A stretch of DNA of 64,000 nt from the NCBI RefSeq assembly GCF_001194135.2, contig NC_068981.1:76610170-76674169 (forward strand). Direction: 5' to 3'. Shown here piece by piece: positions 25,690 to 37,260 of this stretch. A program made the position numbers and the translations under genes. The notes under the pieces are model-generated. The model was not told the DNA's origin, did no database searches, and saw only the letters and a program-made list of their open reading frames with translations. The stretch is from Octopus bimaculoides (Eukaryota). Within the stretch, counting starts at the first letter, position 1, and the number at the start of each line of letters is the position of its first letter.

Positions 25690-26238
25690 CAGTACCAGGC
25701 ACTGGTTCTCGTGGCTTCTGATTTTAACTGATTGGAAGTGTTATCATGTATACGTTTATTTTATTAAAAAAAAAGGATGGGTAACAGCAAATATTCTGCT
25801 CAATACTACAGATTTGCTTGTCAGTTGTTTGAATTTATCCAGTTAAGCATATCCCTAGGTGGCTGACGATATATGCATCTCTGATCACGAGTAGAAGTAG
25901 TTGGGTGGGCATCATAGCCACGTGTTGAGAGAAATTCTTTGGGGTTCCCTTTGGAAACATGGGTGTTTTGTCAAACATCCTTAAACACCCCTTATTCAGG
26001 GACTTTTTGAGCGGGATGGGCTACTCGATCTGAAGAAAATTCTAACTGGGCCCCACCTGCAAGGTCATGCGCTGTTTATCTTGATATGAGGTCACCATAT
26101 CACGCAAATTTGGTTGTGATACATGTGCCTGGTGTACCCTAATCAGACGGGTAGTCATGATAGGTATACTGGGCTTCGTATATTTTATCCCAGTGTCACT
26201 TTGATGGTACTTTGATGACATGCACTGCTCTCTCACGC
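25690..26238 (+). mobile_element. Putative non-coding interspersed repeat ending in an (AAT)n tail
   Basis: GC-richer non-coding block ending ctctctcacgc(AAT)n. It resembles an abundant octopus repeat from recall only; there is no second copy in the window. Confidence 0.4.

Positions 26239-26322
<84 letters not shown>
26239..26322. repeat. (AAT)28 microsatellite
   Basis: Directly visible, 84 bp. Confidence 0.97.
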
Positions 26323-26323
<1 letters not shown>

Positions 26324-28133
26324 GTCACAAACGACACAAAAACTTGTCAATAGCCTGGATAGACTATAAAAAAGCTTTTGATAGCCTGCTACATAGCTGG
26401 ATTAAGAAATGTTTGGAAATGTATAGAATAGCACCTACTCTGCGAAACCTCTTGTCTGTAAGTATGAGATCATGGAGAACCACACTGACTTTGAACAGTG
26501 ACAATGAATCTCTTAATGCTGGAGATGTAAGAATTTCATGCGGCATTTTCCAGGGTGTCACTCTATCACCACTCCTCTTTTGTCTAGCCTTGATACAACG
26601 CTCGAAATTACTCAATGATGTACAATACGGTTATAAGATGTTTGACAAAAAGATAAATCGTCTCATTTATGTGGTTGATTTAAAGCTCTTTGCAAAAAAT
26701 GACCAACAACTACAGGGTTTACTAGCAATTGTTCAACAATTCAGAGATGACATCAGGATTCAATATGGCCTCGATAAATGTGAAAATAATAGTCACAAAA
26801 GCTACCTTTAGGAATAATGGCAGAAACATCCAATGTTAATCTTGACCAGCAGAATGTCATAAAGGAATTAGAACCAGCGGAGAGCTACAAATACCTAGGG
26901 GTATTTGAAGGGGACGGAATCAAACATTCAGTGATGAGGGAAAGGATCAGAAGAGAATGTTATTTCAAGGCAAAGCTGAATGCAAGAAACAGGATCGAAG
27001 CGATCAATAGTTTAACCATGCCAGTCGTAACTTACAGTTTTAATATCATCAACTGGTCTATAACTGAAATATGTAATCTTGACAGAAAAATACGAAAATT
27101 GTTGACAATGCATACAATGCACCACCATAAGGCAGATATAGAGCGACTCTGTCTGCCAAGAAAAGAGGGAGGACGTGAACTTTTACAACTAGAATTAACA
27201 ATGAAGATTGCCACAATCGGCCTAGACACCTATCTGAAAAACTCTGAGGACTAGATGTTAAAACTTGTCTCACAGCAAAGGAATATCTAAGTGAATTCCA
27301 AATGCCACAAATTCCAGAATTAGACGTACTAGAAAGATGCACAGGAAAAGCTAAGCGTATGAAAATCCGTGCTAAAACTGCTACCTTAGATATTCTTAAT
27401 GATAAATGATAAGAAAAACCTCTCAATGACAAAAACTCAAAGAGAGATAATAGTGCCGATGTTGACAAAGTCCTTATCCATCAATGGTTAGTGGCTTCTG
27501 GCTTAAAATCACCAACAGAAGGATTTATCATAACAGCCTAAGATCAATGCCTAACTCCAAGAAACTACCAGGCCAAAATATTAAAGAACGGCAGCTGCCC
27601 AATATGTCGTGTATGTCAACAACAAAATGAAACCATTGATCATGTTGTCTCCATGTGCAGTCTTCTTGCGCCTACAGAGTATCTCAACAGGCATGATAGA
27701 GCAGCACAATATATTCACTGGGTAATTTGCAAAAGCCTGGACCTGTCCCATGATAAAAACTGGTGGGGACACAAATCACCTACATTACTTAAAAATGATC
27801 GCATCTCACTACTCTCGAACTTCACCACTGAAACTGACAGAAAGATATATGCGAATAGGCCTGACATATTGAAAGACTTCAGACAAAAATCATGCCTCCT
27901 CATTGATATGACTGTCCCAATCGAAATAAACGTATCTTTCAAGACCTATCAAAAACTGAGGACGTATAAAGATCTTGAAATAGAAATTGGCAAAATATGG
28001 AACCACAAGACTAAAACAATACCTGTTGTCATAGGCGCCCTAGGAACGATAGCAAAAGGGGATGATTGCTACCCAGCTCAGATACCAGGAAACCCTAAAA
28101 TAGCAGAAATTCAAAAGATACTGTTTCATGGTA
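26323..28133 (+). mobile_element. 5'-truncated R4/Dong-like non-LTR retrotransposon (RT, CCHC knuckle, restriction-like endonuclease), disrupted
   Basis: IAWIDYKKAFDS, GIFQGVTLSPLLF, YVVDLKLFAK, GLDKC, YKYLG, CRVCQQQNETIDHVVSMC (C-x2-C-x8-H-x4-C), RHD, RPDI..D..KSCLLIDMTVP and YKDL. Several stops and frameshifts; starts exactly at the (AAT)n tract; 3' end is in the gap. Confidence 0.9.
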
Positions 28134-29120
28134 NNNNNNNNNNNNNNNNNNNNNNNNNNNNNNNNNNNNNNNNNNNNNNNNNNNNNNNNNNNNNNNNNNN
28201 NNNNNNNNNNNNNNNNNNNNNNNNNNNNNNNNNNNNNNNNNNNNNNNNNNNNNNNNNNNNNNNNNNNNNNNNNNNNNNNNNNNNNNNNNNNNNNNNNNNN
28301 NNNNNNNNNNNNNNNNNNNNNNNNNNNNNNNNNNNNNNNNNNNNNNNNNNNNNNNNNNNNNNNNNNNNNNNNNNNNNNNNNNNNNNNNNNNNNNNNNNNN
28401 NNNNNNNNNNNNNNNNNNNNNNNNNNNNNNNNNNNNNNNNNNNNNNNNNNNNNNNNNNNNNNNNNNNNNNNNNNNNNNNNNNNNNNNNNNNNNNNNNNNN
28501 NNNNNNNNNNNNNNNNNNNNNNNNNNNNNNNNNNNNNNNNNNNNNNNNNNNNNNNNNNNNNNNNNNNNNNNNNNNNNNNNNNNNNNNNNNNNNNNNNNNN
28601 NNNNNNNNNNNNNNNNNNNNNNNNNNNNNNNNNNNNNNNNNNNNNNNNNNNNNNNNNNNNNNNNNNNNNNNNNNNNNNNNNNNNNNNNNNNNNNNNNNNN
28701 NNNNNNNNNNNNNNNNNNNNNNNNNNNNNNNNNNNNNNNNNNNNNNNNNNNNNNNNNNNNNNNNNNNNNNNNNNNNNNNNNNNNNNNNNNNNNNNNNNNN
28801 NNNNNNNNNNNNNNNNNNNNNNNNNNNNNNNNNNNNNNNNNNNNNNNNNNNNNNNNNNNNNNNNNNNNNNNNNNNNNNNNNNNNNNNNNNNNNNNNNNNN
28901 NNNNNNNNNNNNNNNNNNNNNNNNNNNNNNNNNNNNNNNNNNNNNNNNNNNNNNNNNNNNNNNNNNNNNNNNNNNNNNNNNNNNNNNNNNNNNNNNNNNN
29001 NNNNNNNNNNNNNNNNNNNNNNNNNNNNNNNNNNNNNNNNNNNNNNNNNNNNNNNNNNNNNNNNNNNNNNNNNNNNNNNNNNNNNNNNNNNNNNNNNNNN
29101 NNNNNNNNNNNNNNNNNNNN

Positions 29121-29178
<58 letters not shown>

Positions 29179-29734
29179 TATATATATGTATGTATATATA
29201 TATGTGTGTATATATAAATAAAAACATACATACTTGCATACAAATGGATTTACAAACACACTCACATACACACACACGCACACACACATACACACGCGCA
29301 CACACACACACACACACGTACAAGCACATATTTATATACACAAACAGACATGTAATTTTCTTCTCATGCTATCTTCCTGTATCTGTGTTTTTCTAGCGTA
29401 ATCATATACACCCTGTTTTCCTGACTGTTTGTTTCCTCCTCCTCCGCGCCAGCTCTCCTCTACTTTCATTTTTGCTACTCTTACTTTTTCTTCTGTTCTT
29501 TTTTGTGATTCAGTTTGTCAGCAAGTTTACTCTACTCTCTCATGCATACATACGTACCTACGTACTTACGTAAATATGTATGTCTGTATATATGTATGTA
29601 TGTATGTATGGATGGATGGATGGATGGATGGATGGATGGATGCATGCATGCATGCATGTATGCATGTATATGTGTAAATATTTATACACAAAAAATATAT
29701 ACATAAAGATAGATGTGTTGTATCTATCTATCGA

Positions 29735-29772
<38 letters not shown>

Positions 29773-31064
29773 GTGCGTATGAGCATGTGCATGCATGTGT
29801 GTGCGCGTGTGTGCGTGTGTGCGTGTGTACGTGTATGCACATATGTATATATTTATATATGCATATAGTAGTGTATGCATTATTGTTATGTATATGAAAA
29901 TCCACTTATTCTGTATTATGATTATCTTCAGCATTCTTATAAATTCTCTTTCTCCACTTCTTACTTCATTTTCTCTTAAACTTCACTAACCATCACCACC
30001 TGATCCCATCTGATCCATGTCATGTAACTAAAGAAAGGCTTGAAAAACTTTTAAGGTGAGTGAAGGGAACTAACTCAAGTGAGTTAATAGCATGAATTTA
30101 AATAATTTTTCAGATGCTGAAGCATTAAATTTCAATAAGTCTCTGTGAACTGAGACTTGTACTTCTTAGAAAAATAAAAAATTAAAATTTAAAACACACA
30201 CACACACACATGCGATTTTCAGAGAGATAAAGAGAAATAATTTCATGTAATTAAGAATTAATTTCACAGAAAATCGAATTTTCGTACTTACGAGAAAATA
30301 CATGGATATTATTAGCTTAAAGTTAACGGCTTGCTCATGTTTCTCTTTTATTAAACCTGAATCACAGACATCTGAATTTGATTAGTAATCAGATAATTTT
30401 TTGTGAAGTATATTTCGTAATGACGCAAACTATACTAGCCAAAATTCTTCACGACTCTTTCTCTACTTGTAAAAATCACTATGCATAAAGCAAACCAAGC
30501 TTGAAAAGACTATTCTTCATTGATGTGACGTCATCTGTGTCTGCGATCTTGCTGGTTAACAAAGATCAGAGACTTCCCACTTCAAGCATGAAAAATCAGT
30601 TTTCTGCAAAATTAATTTTTTAAATAATACGTTCAATTTAGCACAACATGGAGATCAACACAAGACTCAAACATTGATACAACTAGCAGAGTACTAAACG
30701 TGAGGTTATACTTTATTAAGTATAGTGCATTACATTTCTAACTTTAATAATTCTTTCTTGGAACCGAGTTGTTAATGTTTATCTTCCCATAATAATATGT
30801 ACATCAGCAGACCACTACTCTGGAGCCAGTACATATTTTGTACCGGAATGAACACTTCGTTCCCCAACTCGGAAGATTCATGGCATATCAGGATTAATAA
30901 GTATGTGAATCGCATATCAGGTAACATCTTTATGCTGACTTCCCACTCTTTATAAGTTTTCTGTATTAAAGTTCATTTAAGGTTACACGCAAAAAAAAAA
31001 AAAACAAGTAAATAAGGACATTATTTACATTTGGCGAATATTTGTCCTCATCTTCTTTGTAGTT

Positions 31065-31110
31065 AACACAACGTTTCGGCTGATATACCTTCCAGCCTTT
31101 ATCAGGTGTC
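31065..31110 (-). ncRNA. Minimal type I hammerhead ribozyme fold; G8A mutation makes this copy probably inactive
   Basis: GACAC-CTGATAA-A-GGCTG-gaaggtatat-CAGCC-GAAAC-GTT/GTGTT. Stem I is GACAC:GTGTT, stem II is GGCTG:CAGCC, and stem III is the palindrome AACGTT. Confidence 0.7.
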
Positions 31111-31167
31111 TTGAGGAAATTTCGATGTTGTTGTTGTTATTATTATTGATATAATTATTATTATTCA

Positions 31168-31240
31168 GTCCACTGCCTGGAATCGAACTCGGAATTTTGG
31201 GGTTAGTAGCCCGCGCTCTTAATCACTATGCCATATGCCC
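31168..31240 (-). pseudogene. tRNA-derived Pol III head; not a functional tRNA
   Basis: A box TGGCATAGTGA (31233-31223) and B box GAGTTCGATTCC (31190-31179) at tRNA spacing. The anticodon-like loop is CTACTAA, but the anticodon and acceptor stems pair poorly. Confidence 0.75.
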
Positions 31241-32352
31241 GTGTACATAATTCCTCATCTCTTTAATATAGAACTATACAAGAAAATAAAGAGTTTTGCT
31301 TCATGCATACAAGTAGAATATTTTACTACATTAAAAGTAATTTACATCTCACTACTTAAAAATACAAGAAAACAGATGAACATGGGAAGATAAAACTAAT
31401 ATCTTAGGTGTGGTGGAATGTGTTTGATTATTTATGACACTGCGTGTGAGATTGTACATTTTATTGGTCTCAAAGAAAAACAGCAAGTTTTAAAACCAGA
31501 ATCTTAAGAGAAGCAACAAAATAGTACAATGCGTTTTGTCTGATGCAGTCAATATATTACCCGCCGCAGGAATAGGTAAATCATAAAATAAAATATGTGT
31601 CTACTTCTATTCCAGGAGTAATTACTACTTGTAACATCTAGCCTTTGCTACTTAACACTGCCAAATGATTTGAGGCAACATCATTAGGGGTTCGAAACCA
31701 TTTCAAACGTTTATTTGACGTCTGATGATTAGTAAAACAATATTGTCCATATCGTTTTTACACTGTAATTTGTCGTTGTTTAGTCTTGTTATGCAACTTA
31801 TAATTGATAGTGTTTTCCCCGTCTCACTGTGCAAATATTTATCGAAAGATTTTTCTCATTTAACTTCTTTCTGCTTGATTTACAAGTTGGTTTGGTCTTT
31901 CCGTTTCTTCTGTGCACCTCTGTCGTTTATGCATGTGTATCTGTGCGTGTGTGTACGTGTGCGTTTGCCAAAGAGTATGTGTATGTGTATGTGGTGTGTA
32001 TGTGTGCACATGTATGCATATGTGCATTTATGTTTGTGCACGTTATATATATATATATATATATGTNNNNNNNNNNNNNNNNNNNNNNNNNNNNNNNNNN
32101 NNNNNNNNNNNNNNNNNNNNNNNNNNNNNNNNNNNNNNNNNNNNNNNNNNNNNNNNNNNNNNNNNNNNNNNNNNNNNNNNNNNNNNNNNNNNNNNNNNNN
32201 NNNNNNNNNNNNNNNNNNNNNNNNNNNNNNNNNNNNNNNNNNNNNNNNNNNNNNNNNNNNNNNNNNNNNNNNNNNNNNNNNNNNNNNNNNNNNNNNNNNN
32301 NNNNNNNNNNNNNNNNNNNNNNNNNNNNNNNNNNNNNNNNNNNNNNNNNNNN

Positions 32353-32406
<54 letters not shown>

Positions 32407-32819
32407 CATATATAGAGAAATAGATCATTATTTCAATATTTACTTAACTATGAATATTAATTGATATTCACACAGTTCTCCATTAGTTTAATATTTTGTT
32501 ACTGATGACATATTAATGATTAGTTTGTTTGTAACTGCTTAAGACATTTCTGTGTCAATGACAGTCTTTGCCGATCAAATTAGGCCAAAATACTGTCGTT
32601 TGCAATTTAGCTAGAAAAGTCATGGAATTTAAACCAATAAAATAAGAAGCACCTCAGTACTACAATACATTTAACTATACTCCACATATGCGGTGTAGTG
32701 TTATTCGTTGTAAATTCAAAATTATATATAGAAATATCATTATTTCTAAATCTATCAAAGAGAGACATTCAGTGACAGTTCTTAAAATAAAGGCAATTTA
32801 CCAACATAATGTGACTGCT

Positions 32820-33031
32820 CTGTAAGGGACGATATTACTGTTGTTTTAGCCCCGTGAAACATCGTTTCTAGCTAGCTATACGACACACTATCTGTGTCCT
32901 AATATTTTCGAACAGGGAGTTCAGCATTCCCACTCCCTGTTCGAAATATAAGGACACAGGTATTAGGTCGTTTAGCCAGCTAGAAACGGTGTTTCTTGGG
33001 GCTAAAACAACTGTAATATCATCCCTTACAG
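32820..33031. mobile_element. Fold-back/palindromic MITE: about 100-bp arms, 11-nt loop
   Basis: 32820-32920 is the reverse complement of 32932-33031 with about a dozen differences by hand alignment; loop tcagcattccc. Confidence 0.9.
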
Positions 33032-33099
33032 GACAACCACATGATGTTGACAAATAGCATTTACTTATTTACTTCAAAATTATACATACATACATGCAT

Positions 33100-33140
<41 letters not shown>

Positions 33141-35279
33141 NNNNNNNNNNNNNNNNNNNNNNNNNNNNNNNNNNNNNNNNNNNNNNNNNNNNNNNNNNNN
33201 NNNNNNNNNNNNNNNNNNNNNNNNNNNNNNNNNNNNNNNNNNNNNNNNNNNNNNNNNNNNNNNNNNNNNNNNNNNNNNNNNNNNNNNNNNNNNNNNNNNN
33301 NNNNNNNNNNNNNNNNNNNNNNNNNNNNNNNNNNNNNNNNNNNNNNNNNNNNNNNNNNNNNNNNNNNNNNNNNNNNNNNNNNNNNNNNNNNNNNNNNNNN
33401 NNNNNNNNNNNNNNNNNNNNNNNNNNNNNNNNNNNNNNNNNNNNNNNNNNNNNNNNNNNNNNNNNNNNNNNNNNNNNNNNNNNNNNNNNNNNNNNNNNNN
33501 NNNNNNNNNNNNNNNNNNNNNNNNNNNNNNNNNNNNNNNNNNNNNNNNNNNNNNNNNNNNNNNNNNNNNNNNNNNNNNNNNNNNNNNNTATGTAGGTATA
33601 TATATATAATCGACTATGTAAACAGAAGTAGGAATTGGTATAACTCTTTATTTTGCACCACGACCTTTTCGACCTGTTCTGCGACTGTCCTTTATGAGTG
33701 GGATGCTGTGCATCATATTATGTTACATCAGTTTTGCAGTCTAGGTCACATCAGGTATATTTCTGCATAAAATTATGTCTCGTTAAAGATCTTAAGTTTG
33801 GGCTGACATGTCATTATTTGCCCACTTAAATTAGGGATGAGTTAGGGGATGAGTCAAAACGATCGTCGTGCAAAATAAATCATCAGTTTATTTAATCGAT
33901 TATTATCTCAACTAACGCTGCGGAATTCCTGGAGTAGTTCCAACAGAAATATACCCCAACTGCGGATGACACCAGGTAGCCCAAACTCTGCCAGTTCTCT
34001 ACTAAACACTTCTACACACTATTCGACATATGGTAATTAGTCCAAAATATTACACACTGGCGCGCGCGCACACACTCATGTACACTCACGCATACACACA
34101 CATACACACATATATGTGTATATATAAATATATACATATTTATATATGCATGTATGTGTGTATATACAACGCTGAATCTCGGAGAAGATACAGCTATACA
34201 TAACAGTGGGTAAATACTGTATTTAAAAAGTGGCTGCGTGGTTCGAAACCTCAGCTCTTTTGTCAAACCAATATCTACAGATTATTTATAGCTTTATATC
34301 CTTCGAGATTCACTATTGTAATAAAGTTTTTCACATTCTCGAAGTTTATAAATTCATATGACGTAAATACTCTCTCACACACACACATATATACGCACAC
34401 ACACACACATACACATATATACGCACACATGCATCTATGTGTGTGTGTATGTGTGTGTGTGTATCTATGCATGTCTATATACAAACATGTACAGACAAAC
34501 ACAAAGATACACGCACACATATACATACATACATAAAAGATTTTTCGAAATTATCCATAAAAAATTCGTTTCCATTAAAAAAGTATATCTTTAGAAGAAC
34601 AAGCAAATTTCAAGACAAATATTAGTATACAAGAACAAAGACTAATGCAGTTATTTTTTAGTTGCTTTAAATATATTATAATAAAGATAGATGTAGATAA
34701 AATATAATACTCTATATTAAATTGATGTTCAAAATTGGTTTTATGTATGCAAATAGTTCTTGAAAATATATAAGTGTTTTCAGTATGTTAATCAAAATAT
34801 ACTAGTTATGAGAACACTTAAACAGAACGCGCTTGCACAAATGTTTGTATGTATGGATATGTAACTCGCGCACAGGTATGTCTTTAGATGTGTGTCTATG
34901 TCTCTGTGTATGCATATATGTTTTTAAACATTGATGTGTGCTTCAGTAATTGCATGTGTTTATATGTCTCCTCGCGTTTATGTCTGTGCTTTTCTTTATA
35001 TAACACACACACATGTATATATACATATGCATACATATATCTATATACATACATACATATATACATACATATATATATACATACATANNNNNNNNNNNNN
35101 NNNNNNNNNNNNNNNNNNNNNNNNNNNNNNNNNNNNNNNNNNNNNNNNNNNNNNNNNNNNNNNNNNNNNNNNNNNNNNNNNNNNNNNNNNNNNNNNNNNN
35201 NNNNNNNNNNNNNNNNNNNNNNNNNNNNNNNNNNNNNNNNNNNNNNNNNNNNNNNNNNNNNNNNNNNNNNNNNNATATA

Positions 35280-35330
<51 letters not shown>

Positions 35331-35519
35331 ATACATATATACACATATACATATATTTATGTATGTACATATATGTAAATATATATATGCATATATGTAT
35401 GTATGTATGTATGCATGCATGTAGGTATGTATGTGTGCATGCATGCATATATGTATGCATGTATGTATGCATGTATGTATGCATGTATGTATGTATGTAT
35501 AGAAGAACGAACAGAAATA

Positions 35520-35900
35520 TATGTGGTGTATTCCAGAAGTTTTAAGACCTTTTAGGAGAGGCAGTTAATATCTGTTGTAGATTATTGTAATTTTAGTATA
35601 TCATTGCTATATACCTAATAAGCTGACCTGCCAGCTTACGTTATTCCAGATTGAAGAAGACGTCTGTAACAGCGCTTTGAACTCACCATACTAAACATTG
35701 CGTGTCATAGCTGATTAATTTGTAGAATGCTGTCGGAACGTTTTGAAGCACACTATGCAATAATGTTTTGTGTAACTCTACAGAAACTTATGAAATGCTT
35801 CAGACTTCCTATGGTGTAATTCTTTCGTAATCACAAGAGGTTCAAGGACAGTAGAGAGGAAGCGAGGGACTATGACAGTTGTGGAAGGAAGTGACCTAGT
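35520..35900 (+). mobile_element. mariner transposon left-end remnant (N-terminal HTH region)
   Basis: HYAIMFCV..TETYEMLQTSYG...HKRFKDSREEARDYDSCGR matches mariner AIKFC..TE..EML..AYG..HKRFK.GRE...D..R.GRP. TIR-like gtggtgtattccagaagtttt at about 35523. Confidence 0.65.
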
Positions 35901-36280
35901 AATAAATCAAACAAACGTAGCGTTTTATGGTTTAATTCAGTATTCGATTGCGTGTAGCTTCTAAAATTGCTAGATAATTTTGCTCTACATTAGACAGACA
36001 TTTCCCTGAATACAGTAGATATTATGAAACTTTTGGTGAAATTGTGATATGCTATATCAAATAATCTTGAATACCATATTCATAAATTATATAAAATTGA
36101 AAATAGCAAGCGTCAGCTCTGAAAATATCGTCTGGAATAACGTATGTCCACGGTGTAGAGAAGACAATAATACTGGGGAGCGAAATCATAAGTATCTGGA
36201 TTATTCTAATATAAGTACAAATATTGATATTAGCATAAATAATAGGAGTAACAACGGGAACAGGATAAAACTAATGATCC

Positions 36281-36490
36281 TTTCTTATATAAGAACAAGG
36301 GCTGAAATTTTGGGGGAGCGGTTCAGTCGATTAATTCGACCCCAGTATGCAACTGGTACTTAATTTTTCGACCAGAAAAGCTGAAAAACAAAGTCGACCT
36401 TGCTGGAATTTGAAGGCAGAACGTAAAGACAGATGAAATGCCGCTAAGCTATTTACCTAGCATGCTAACGATTCTGTCATCTCGCCACCT
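36281..36490 (-). mobile_element. tRNA-derived SINE, family A
   Basis: gtcgattaattcgaccccagtatgcaactggtacttaattttt...gaacgtaaagacagatgaaatgccgctaagc...gctaacgattctgtcatctcgcc. Confidence 0.85.
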
Positions 36491-36506
36491 GAAGTAAATA
36501 CTACTA

Positions 36507-36700
36507 ATGATTTCAAATTATGGCCAGCAAAGTTGGGGGAAGAGGTAGTTGATTACATCAACCCCAGTACTCGCCTGGTGCTTATTTCATTGAGACCAAA
36601 AGGATGGAAGGTGAAATTTTATCTCAGAACGTAAAGACGAACAAAACTCCTCTAGGCGTTATATCCGGCGTGCTCATGATTCTGCCTGCTCACCGCCTTA
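36507..36700 (-). mobile_element. tRNA-derived SINE, family A (tandem neighbour)
   Basis: gattacatcaaccccagtactcgcctggtgcttattt...ctcagaacgtaaagacg...gattctgcctgctcaccgcctt. Confidence 0.8.
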
Positions 36701-36859
36701 ATGGGTAAATATTAATAATAATAACACGGTGAATAACAGCAATGAGCATAACGGAAATAAAAGTAATAGAAATTATAATCACAATAATAAGAAAGATATA
36801 AAATAGAATACAAGAGAAGACCTGCTTACAAACAATAATACAGAAGATGGAACTATAGA

Positions 36860-37260
36860 CATAAGAATGCATGTCCTATGAAGGATGACTAAAACATAGA
36901 AACATTATATATAAATGTACTGTAAAACAAGTGCACATACATATGCATATATAGGTACAACTTGGAACATCTTCAAAGACCACTGGAGGAACCATGCTGA
37001 AACATTTCCTCATAATATACAACACACAACACACATCACTCGCAGATCACATCTGGAACCTCAAATGGACAGAAATACATCACAGAACTTCTTTGTCGAT
37101 ACTACGAAATGCAACATCATATGACTATACTCAAAAGCAGGCCAGGTAAACTCTGCCTAGAAGAAACACTTGAAATAATATTAATTACAGATAAAATAAT
37201 AAACAAACACTTGGAGATTATTTTACCATGTAACCATGAGTTTAAAAGCTCATTTTGGAA
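36860..37260 (+). mobile_element. Penelope-like element GIY-YIG endonuclease remnant
   Basis: ACPMKD..NIIYKCTV, AYIGTTWNIFKDHWRNHAETF, SLADHIWNLK, KLCLEE..II and NKHLEIILPCNH across frames. Confidence 0.7.

Larger units (their letters stand above)
31018..31275 (-). mobile_element. Non-autonomous element: tRNA-like head, (AAT/AAC) linker, hammerhead fold, PLE-type tail, with an inverted terminal piece at its 5' end
   Basis: See sub-features. Tail shared with 5544-5643. Confidence 0.8.

Noticed and set aside
29932-30062. Strong donor-like AAG|GTGAGT at 30054-30062
   Set aside because: The nearest acceptor gives stops in all three frames; no supportable coding exon.
30527-30535. CRE-like TGACGTCA site near 30.53 kb
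   Set aside because: A single 8-mer is expected by chance in 64 kb; no promoter context.
31168-31240. Functional tRNA gene
   Set aside because: Acceptor and anticodon stems pair poorly and it is embedded in a repeat; called a SINE-type head instead.
7555-35545. Long ORFs (280-520 aa) in the ORF track, e.g. 7555-8613, 15241-16416, 24314-25456, 27653-29221, 28040-29341
   Set aside because: They are open only because they cross N-gaps or (TA)n/(CA)n tracts; not genes.
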